53,123 bases of DNA from a virus (lineage: Duplodnaviria; Caudoviricetes): the IMG/VR virus record IMGVR_UViG_3300032241_000435, positions 1 through 53,123 of that record; one strand, 5' to 3'. The notes under the pieces are model-generated. The model did not search any database, was not told where the DNA came from, and saw nothing but the letters and a program-made list of their open reading frames with translations. Positions 46,559-53,123 of the stretch are shown piece by piece. The translations under genes and the position numbers were made by a program. Every line of letters starts with the position of its first letter. The first letter of the stretch is position 1.

Positions 46559-46792
46559 GTGGTTAGAATTGACGAACGAGTAGCAAGAGGATTCTCACTG
46601 TTACGTTCCGAAGAATTCAAACCTCTGGTAGAATTCTTGAAGGCTAGACGCATGGACACTCTTGAGAGTCTAGGCGTAGAGCAAAATGAAGGAATGAAGT
46701 CTAGGCTGCAAGGCCGAAACTTAGAGCTCAAGGAAATTCTTGAGTTCATTGAAGATGCTGGCAGTTTGCTAGCAAAAACCCGCAGACTTTGA
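46559..46792 (+). CDS. small helical head-associated protein
   Basis: GTG start; RLQGR motif typical of genes between portal and scaffold. Confidence 0.7.
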   Translation: MVRIDERVARGFSLLRSEEFKPLVEFLKARRMDTLESLGVEQNEGMKSRLQGRNLELKEILEFIEDAGSLLAKTRRL

Positions 46793-46911
46793 GCAGACCG
46801 TTAAGTCGGAGCACAGAGTCACAATTGAAAATTTAAACCAAGTAGCAGACCGTAAGCGAACAAGGACAGACCGTCAAGGCGGAGTCCCTAAGCGTAGTCG
46901 GAGCGAAGGAG
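46785..46911 (+). promoter_or_regulatory. structured leader of scaffold gene with three AGA/A internal-loop motifs
   Basis: CAGACCG...CGGAG occurs three times; last copy closes next to the AAGGAG RBS. Confidence 0.65.
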
Positions 46912-46918
46912 ATAGAAA

Positions 46919-47878
46919 ATGGCATTGCCAAAAGCAGTTCAACAACAAGTCGATGAAGCAGATGCATTAGTTGCACAGTTAAATGGTCAGACCGCAGACA
47001 ATGCGGAGACTAATCCAAATAACCAACAACAACCTGATCCTCAACCCGCTGAACCGCAGCCGCAGCCAGTTTCGCAAGAGCCAGAACCAAAGCCTCAAGT
47101 TTCTGAAGATGTATGGGAACGCAAGTACCTAACATTGAAAGGAATGTATGACGCTGAAGTGCCTAGATTGCATCAGCAAGTTCGTGAGATGAATGCGCAA
47201 ATAACGCAGATCATTGCAGAGCGTGCCGCAGCCCAAGCAGTTCAAACTCAAACTGAGCCGCAGAAGTCTACTCTTATCACTGAACAAGACAAAGAAGCTT
47301 TTGGGCCTGATTTGTTGGATTTAATTGACAGAGCAACAGAAGCTAAAGTTTCTGAATTAAGAACTAGAGAATCTCAGTTGAAGTCAAAGATTGCTGATCT
47401 AGAAGGTAAGCTTGGTAATGTAACGGAACGTCAAGGTGTATCTGATAAAGATAGATTCTTGTCTTCTCTTGCGCAACAAGTTCCAGATTGGGAATCAGTT
47501 AATGTTGACCCAGGATTTTTATCTTGGTTAGCAGAAGTTGATTCTGTATATGGAATCCCAAGACAGTATGCCGTGAATAACGCATATGAAAACCTTGATG
47601 CAAAACGTACTGCTGATATATTTAAACAATATAAAGCAACGCTAGCACCTGTTCAGCAACGCCAACAAAACAAGACCGTAGAACTTCAGCGTCAAGTAGC
47701 ACCGACTCGCTCGAAAAGTTCACCTACACCTGCTGCTTCGGATAATAAAGGTATTTGGGATCAAAACCAGATTACCCAGTTTTACGAGGATTGGCGGAGG
47801 GGTATGTTGAATGAAACCGAAGCGGCTCAAATGGAAAAAGATATCCATGCAGCCATTGCTGAAGGTCGTATTAGATAG
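46919..47878 (+). CDS. scaffolding protein
   Basis: Pro/Gln/Glu-rich, coiled coil, precedes capsid, ends AIAEGRIR. Confidence 0.82.
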   Translation: MALPKAVQQQVDEADALVAQLNGQTADNAETNPNNQQQPDPQPAEPQPQPVSQEPEPKPQVSEDVWERKYLTLKGMYDAEVPRLHQQVREMNAQITQIIAERAAAQAVQTQTEPQKSTLITEQDKEAFGPDLLDLIDRATEAKVSELRTRESQLKSKIADLEGKLGNVTERQGVSDKDRFLSSLAQQVPDWESVNVDPGFLSWLAEVDSVYGIPRQYAVNNAYENLDAKRTADIFKQYKATLAPVQQRQQNKTVELQRQVAPTRSKSSPTPAASDNKGIWDQNQITQFYEDWRRGMLNETEAAQMEKDIHAAIAEGRIR

Positions 47879-47930
47879 TACACCCACATTGGTTGCATCC
47901 CACAGTTTTATTTTTTAAAGGATGTAAATC

Positions 47931-48953
47931 ATGTCAACAATTACCGCAGCAGCAGCCTATCCCATTAACTCTGGTGGCTTTAATAGCCCCGCTGGTCAGG
48001 TTGCCTATTCAGGCACAGCCTATTCTGGTTCCTTTATTCCAGCCCTTTGGTCTGGTAAATTGGCACAAAAATTCTATGCCGCTACCGTTTTCGGTGAAAT
48101 CGCTAATACCGACTGGCAAGGCGATATCACTGGCATGGGCGACACAGTAATTATCAACACAATCCCCACGATCAACATCTATGCTTACAGCGTTGGTCAG
48201 AACTTGAACTATGACGTTCCTGCTCCTAGCACCATCACATTGACCATTAACCATGGTAAATATTTCGGTGTTAACGTGAACAACGTTCTCGAGTTGCAAG
48301 CCAAACCCAAATTGATGGACATGTTCACCAATGACGCTGCAATGCAAATGAAGATTCAGATCGACAAGGATGTGTTATATACAAACTTCAACCAAGGTTC
48401 TGCTTCTAACCAAGGCGCAACAGCTGGTGCTATCTCTGGTGCTTACAACCTCGGTACTGACCTTGCTCCTGTTACATTGACAGCTTCTAACATTCTGCAA
48501 AACATCACTGCTTTGTCTAGCGTGTTGGACGAGTCTAACGTTCCTGAGACTGACCGTTGGTTGATTATCACTCCTACAGAGCGTCAAATCCTCATGCAAT
48601 CTAACCTTGCACAAGCTCAATTCATGGGTGACGCAAGCTCTATTTTGCGTAACGGCAAAATCGGTATGATTGATCGCTTCACAGTGTATGTTTCTAACTT
48701 GGTTCCAAGAGGCGCTGCTGGCTACACATGGACTAACCCCAATGGTACAGCCGCTACTTCTGAAACTAGTGCTCTTAAGCGTCACGCTGTTATTGCTGGT
48801 CACAAGTCTGCAATCACTTTTGCATCACAAATTGCTAAAGTTGAAAGCTTGCAAAACCCCAATGATTTCGGTACATTGGTTCGTGGCTTGAATGTGTATG
48901 GCACACAAGTTACTCAACCTAATGGCTTGGCTTTGTTGGTTGCCGCAGGTTAA
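47931..48953 (+). CDS. major capsid protein
   Basis: FIPALWSGKL, GDTVIIN, LDESNVP..DRW, GKIGMIDRF.VY.SN, RGLNVYG. Confidence 0.92.
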   Translation: MSTITAAAAYPINSGGFNSPAGQVAYSGTAYSGSFIPALWSGKLAQKFYAATVFGEIANTDWQGDITGMGDTVIINTIPTINIYAYSVGQNLNYDVPAPSTITLTINHGKYFGVNVNNVLELQAKPKLMDMFTNDAAMQMKIQIDKDVLYTNFNQGSASNQGATAGAISGAYNLGTDLAPVTLTASNILQNITALSSVLDESNVPETDRWLIITPTERQILMQSNLAQAQFMGDASSILRNGKIGMIDRFTVYVSNLVPRGAAGYTWTNPNGTAATSETSALKRHAVIAGHKSAITFASQIAKVESLQNPNDFGTLVRGLNVYGTQVTQPNGLALLVAAG

Positions 48954-48969
48954 TCCCTGTTAAATTGGT

Positions 48970-49000
48970 GGAGGGGCAATTGCCCCTCCTACATTCTTTT
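48970..49000 (+). terminator. terminator after capsid gene
   Basis: GGAGGGGCAATTGCCCCTCC palindrome then weak T-rich tract. Confidence 0.7.
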
Positions 49001-49017
49001 AACAAAGTGAGGATATC

Positions 49018-49266
49018 ATGGCAGTCATAGACGATCTCGTTTCTAGTGGTTTTTCTTTACCTCAAGCTCAAGCTGTTTTAGATGACAGTGTTTCACAAGG
49101 CCAAGCTTTTCGTGATGAGTTGGTAGCAGCAGGTTTTACTTATACACAAGCTGTTGAAATTGACCTGTATTTTACTGGTACAGTCGGCACACTGGCTACT
49201 ACCAGTGATTTGACTACACAAGGTTTGTGGGCAGGCACACAAGTCCCAGCTATTGTTGAGGCTTAA
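49018..49266 (+). CDS. small virion-associated protein with internal repeats
   Basis: DDLVSSGFSLPQA / DELVAAGFTYTQA / SDLTTQGLWAGTQV. Confidence 0.7.
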   Translation: MAVIDDLVSSGFSLPQAQAVLDDSVSQGQAFRDELVAAGFTYTQAVEIDLYFTGTVGTLATTSDLTTQGLWAGTQVPAIVEA

Positions 49267-49268
49267 TA

Positions 49269-49952
49269 ATGGGAACAATTACCGCTGGAACCATTGTCAG
49301 TCAAGCTGCGACCCAGCTTACTGATATTGCTAATGTCCGTTGGACACAGGCGGAATTGCTTCAATGGTTGAATGCTGGCCTTCGTCAAATTGTGACGATA
49401 CAGCCTAATGCTACTTCAAAGCTAAGTGTTGTAACTTTAGTATCTGGCACAAGACAAACTATTCCTTCCGATGGCTGGATGTTGCTTCGTGTTCACAGAA
49501 ATATGGGTACAACTGGAACAACTCCAGGTCGGGCTATTCGTGTTGTTTCCCGTGAAATCCTAGATGCTTTTAATCCTTATTGGCATACCGATCCCGCTAC
49601 TTTAGAAGTCAAGAATTTTATCTATGACATTGAAGACCAAGCGGCATTTTATGTTTACCCACCCAATCTTGGTGGGCAACAGATTGAATTAAATTATTCA
49701 GAACAACCAACTGATTTGACATTAACTCAAGTCATACCAATTTTTGATGTTTTTGCTTCTGCATTGCTTGATTACATTATGTATAGAGCTTGCAGCAAAG
49801 ACGCAGAGTATGCACCAGGGCTTGCGCTTGCTCAAGCTTATTTGTCTACATTTACAGCCGCTATTGCAGCTAAAGACAAGTCAGAAAAAGAAGTTGCACC
49901 TGATAATGCTCTTAACGGTCGTAACCCAGCAGTTAAAGGAAGTGACACATGA
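49269..49952 (+). CDS. head-tail adaptor-like protein
   Basis: RWTQAELLQWLN, FYVYPP, ALLDYIMYRA.SKDAE; position. Confidence 0.7.
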   Translation: MGTITAGTIVSQAATQLTDIANVRWTQAELLQWLNAGLRQIVTIQPNATSKLSVVTLVSGTRQTIPSDGWMLLRVHRNMGTTGTTPGRAIRVVSREILDAFNPYWHTDPATLEVKNFIYDIEDQAAFYVYPPNLGGQQIELNYSEQPTDLTLTQVIPIFDVFASALLDYIMYRACSKDAEYAPGLALAQAYLSTFTAAIAAKDKSEKEVAPDNALNGRNPAVKGSDT

Positions 49953-50608
49953 GTTACGAAGTTTCGTATGATTTGTTTATGCCTGAGATCATGCCTTATT
50001 TGCCTGATGTGCCTGAACTCGTGGTTACGCAAGCTATCCGAAATGCCACCATTGAGTTTTGCCAAAAGACAAGATATCTCCAAGAAAACTTACCTTCAGT
50101 AACACCAATCTACAACATTGGTGTTTATGATTTAGGTTCTTATTTGGATGGCACATATACAATTGCTGATGTGATCGAAGCTTGGTATGGTGATGTTCTT
50201 TTGATCCCTAAATCAGTAGAACAACTTACAAAAATTTACAGGGCTAATGATTGGCAAAATATGTTGGGGCAACCTTACTATTTTTTTCGCCGTACAAATC
50301 ATGAGGTGACCATTGTGCCTAAACCACAATTCACTATGCCTCAAAGTCCAATGCAGTTCTTGGTAGCTAAAACGCCTACCAGAGCCTCTACAACAGTTGA
50401 TTATGCAATCTATGAGCATTTCCTAGAGCAGATATGTTTCGGCGCTCGTGCGAGGCTATACGGAACTCCTGGACAGCCTTATTATGATCCTAATGCGGCT
50501 CTCGACTATCGTAAACGTTTTTATGACGCCACAAACGAAGTTAGAGAGCGAGTAAACCGTAGTAATTCACGTGCTGCTGTCAATGTTGAATATCAGAGGT
50601 GGGTATGA
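49949..50608 (+). CDS. tail tubular / adaptor protein
   Basis: AIRNATIEFCQKT; position. Confidence 0.65.
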   Translation: MSYEVSYDLFMPEIMPYLPDVPELVVTQAIRNATIEFCQKTRYLQENLPSVTPIYNIGVYDLGSYLDGTYTIADVIEAWYGDVLLIPKSVEQLTKIYRANDWQNMLGQPYYFFRRTNHEVTIVPKPQFTMPQSPMQFLVAKTPTRASTTVDYAIYEHFLEQICFGARARLYGTPGQPYYDPNAALDYRKRFYDATNEVRERVNRSNSRAAVNVEYQRWV

Positions 50609-50937
50609 GTTCAGTCATTAAATTGGTTCAAGGTGATAGTCTTAGACCTCAAGTCCAAGCTACAATCACAGACGACAACACAGGTAATATTGTTGATATT
50701 ACTGGGGCAACTTGCATTTTGAAGTTTCGTGCTGTTGGAGCTACGGTACTAACAGATACTATTTCAGGCACAGTTTTAAATGGTACGGCTGGCACTGTTG
50801 TTTTTCCTATGAGCACATTGTCAATGGCAGGCCCTCCTGGAGATTACGAAGGCCAACTCCAAATTACTTTTCCATCAGGAACAGGTATTCAGTCTGTTTA
50901 CAATAGTTTAAGGTTTAGACTTACAGCGGAGTTTTAA
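50605..50937 (+). CDS. BppU-like Ig-fold virion protein
   Basis: LVQGDS...VDITGAT...GDYEGQLQITF. Confidence 0.65.
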   Translation: MSSVIKLVQGDSLRPQVQATITDDNTGNIVDITGATCILKFRAVGATVLTDTISGTVLNGTAGTVVFPMSTLSMAGPPGDYEGQLQITFPSGTGIQSVYNSLRFRLTAEF

Positions 50938-51800
50938 TGGCTATAAGTTATTCAACGGTAGTTTTAAAAGCACAAACTGCGTTTGTAACGCTTAAAGCAC
51001 AGCTATCGTTTGTGACTTTATTGGCAGCAAATGTCATTACTGGTTATTTTATTAAGTTTATAATTTTAACTGATTCAGTTTTAAATACTGATACTTTAGT
51101 ACGTATATTCGGTAAAAGTTTAACTGACTTCCAAACTACAACGGACAATTTAGCTAAACAGTTTACTAAAAAACTAAACGATTCGACTCCGCAAACTGAC
51201 CAATTAACCAAAACAGTTGGAAAAGGTTTAAATGATTCTGAAACAGTTTTAGATAACAAAAAGACTACTTTTGGCAAAGCTTTATCTGACTCAGAAGCGC
51301 AAACAGACGTAGCCACAAAAAACGTTTCAAAAGTTCTTTCGCATGTTGTGTATCCGTTTGACGATTTAAACAGCACAACGGCAGGCGATTCCGAACACAT
51401 GCAGTTCGGGAAAACACTAACTGATATCCAACTTTCGACAGATACGTTCAGCCGTATTGTTGGGTACAAACGATCATTTTCTGATTCTGAAAGCCCAACA
51501 GATACAAAAGCAATTACTTTTGGAAAAACTTTATCTGATTCTGAAAGTGCAACTGATGCACTTTATCGGCTTGTCGGTAAAAGCCTAAATGATTCTGAAA
51601 GTTCAACGGATTTAAAAACAATTGTTTTTTCTAAATCTTTATCTGATTCCCAATTGTCAAGCGATGCCAAAGCCCTCACTGTTGGGAAAAGCCTATCTGA
51701 CACGACAACAAGCTCAGATTCTGGTACAGTGTTGAGCCAAGGGTATTGTGATATCACATACTTCTTGGAAGACTATGTTGGGTATTCAACAACTTTTTAA
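50937..51800 (+). CDS. tail-associated protein with 18-aa tandem repeats
   Basis: About 12 copies of (F/V)xKxLxDSxxxxD. Confidence 0.75.
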   Translation: MAISYSTVVLKAQTAFVTLKAQLSFVTLLAANVITGYFIKFIILTDSVLNTDTLVRIFGKSLTDFQTTTDNLAKQFTKKLNDSTPQTDQLTKTVGKGLNDSETVLDNKKTTFGKALSDSEAQTDVATKNVSKVLSHVVYPFDDLNSTTAGDSEHMQFGKTLTDIQLSTDTFSRIVGYKRSFSDSESPTDTKAITFGKTLSDSESATDALYRLVGKSLNDSESSTDLKTIVFSKSLSDSQLSSDAKALTVGKSLSDTTTSSDSGTVLSQGYCDITYFLEDYVGYSTTF

Positions 51801-51809
51801 GGATTTATC

Positions 51810-52256
51810 ATGATTGAAGATTTTATTAAGGCAACGGGTCAGTTAAACATTCAAGTTGTTGGTGCTGACGGTTTTGTCAAACAAGACCAGACAGTTGATA
51901 ATTTGGTGGTCACAACTGGAAAAGTATTTATTGCTTCTCGTATGGCAGGTACAACTTCTGCTGTGATGAGCTACATGGCGATTGGTACTGGTACTACAGC
52001 AGCTGCTGTTGGCGATACTGCATTGCAATCTCAGTCTGCAATCGTGGCTTTGACATCGACAACACCCAGCTCAAACACCGTTGTGTATGTTGCTTCTTTC
52101 CCAGCAGGTACTCCCGCAACTTTGACTGCAATCACTGAGGCAGGTATTTTCAATGCCGCAAGTGCAGGCACAATGCTTTGTCATACCATTTTTGCTGCTA
52201 TCAACAAAGATGTTGGCGATACAATGCAGATCACTTGGACTATTACATTATCATAA
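51810..52256 (+). CDS. tail structural protein
   Basis: NLVVTTGK, MAIGTG, ITEAGIFNA, INK..GDT.QITWTI. Confidence 0.75.
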   Translation: MIEDFIKATGQLNIQVVGADGFVKQDQTVDNLVVTTGKVFIASRMAGTTSAVMSYMAIGTGTTAAAVGDTALQSQSAIVALTSTTPSSNTVVYVASFPAGTPATLTAITEAGIFNAASAGTMLCHTIFAAINKDVGDTMQITWTITLS

Positions 52257-52259
52257 TCT

Positions 52260-53123
52260 ATGAGTACAATTGTTACCCGATCTGGTAAAGGCTCACCTCT
52301 TACAAACAATGAGGTAGATGCCAATTTTACAAACCTGAATACTGACAAAGTTCAGGTGACGGGTACACCTACGACTGGGCAAGCCATCGTTTGGAACGGT
52401 ACAGCATGGGTTCCTGGAGCTAGTGCTGTCTATCCTGGAGCTGGTATTCCAGTGTCAACAGGCTCTGCCTGGGGATCATCTTATGGAACTTCAGGCGCAA
52501 CATCAGTTGTGCTGCGAGACGCTAATGTCAATGTTTCAGCCAATACATTTTTCATTGGTTTTAGCAATGTTGCTGCAGCGGGTACGACCACAGTTTTAAC
52601 TGTTAGCTCGGTTTATAACTGGGTTGTCACGGGTTCTGGTGGTCAAACTTACCAGTTACCCGATGCGACAACTTTACCTAATGGGGCAGTTTATACATTC
52701 AACAATAATCAGAGTTCTGGAACAATTGTTGTTAAAAACAATTCAGGAACTACTGTTGCGACTATTCAGTCTGGTGGGTTTCTTGAAGTTTTGTTGCTGT
52801 CCAATTCTATTGCAGCAGGTTCTTGGGATACTCACAATCAAGCGCCTTCTAATGCTTCTTGGTCAACCAACACGTTGACTTGGGCTGGAACATATTCTGG
52901 TGGAACATGGAATGGAAACGTCATTACAGGTGCTTATGGTGGAACAGGTGTTAACAATGGTTCATCAACAATTACTCTTGGTGGAAACGTCACACATAGT
53001 GGCGCATATACTCAGACTTTTGTGGCTACTGGCAACACTAGCGTTACTTTGCCTACATCTGGCACGTTGCAAACCACAACAGGATCGTTAGCGAGCAACA
53101 CAGGATTGCCTTTATCTACAGGC
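52260..53123 (+). CDS. tail fibre protein, truncated by window end; not in ORF track
   Basis: ATG 52260; MSTIVTRSGKGSPLTNNEVDANFTNLNTDK, then Gly/Thr/Ser-rich, GGTG motif; no stop seen. Confidence 0.82.
   Translation, partial: MSTIVTRSGKGSPLTNNEVDANFTNLNTDKVQVTGTPTTGQAIVWNGTAWVPGASAVYPGAGIPVSTGSAWGSSYGTSGATSVVLRDANVNVSANTFFIGFSNVAAAGTTTVLTVSSVYNWVVTGSGGQTYQLPDATTLPNGAVYTFNNNQSSGTIVVKNNSGTTVATIQSGGFLEVLLLSNSIAAGSWDTHNQAPSNASWSTNTLTWAGTYSGGTWNGNVITGAYGGTGVNNGSSTITLGGNVTHSGAYTQTFVATGNTSVTLPTSGTLQTTTGSLASNTGLPLSTG

Overview
A near-complete, circularly permuted ~53 kb tailed-phage genome. The window starts in the lysis module and ends inside a tail-fibre gene. Morphogenesis genes look podovirus-like: terminase, portal, scaffold, major capsid, adaptor/tube proteins, GNAT protein and ejection proteins, with no tape measure. 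Embedded Rz/Rz1 spanins and a GH19 endolysin indicate a Gram-negative host; a freshwater betaproteobacterium is a plausible inference only. The + strand carries late genes (41.3-53.1 kb, continuing at 0-20.9 kb). The - strand carries early/replication genes (40.3 down to 21.0 kb): an AAA ATPase/DUF3150-like/VWA-metallopeptidase module, family A polymerase (Leu762 type), PD-(D/E)xK nuclease, VRR-NUC, SNF2 helicase, SSB and primase-helicase. No integrase, repressor or RNA polymerase was recognised. Main highlights: (1) a 3119-aa polyvalent ejection protein with L,D-transpeptidase, HExxH-type peptidase, ART-like, HTH and PLxRFG domains, which hides three +1-frame nested ORFs, one resembling the stand-alone MPFKSKAQ phage microprotein family; (2) several unannotated structured RNAs: a 78-nt CCA-ending tRNA-like cloverleaf, a pseudoknotted polymerase leader, a triple internal-loop motif before the scaffold gene, and a boxA-containing early leader; (3) a GGAATATT iteron array; (4) an ATT-initiated gene and a 24-aa membrane peptide in the lysis cassette. 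All family names come from motif recognition by eye, not database searches.
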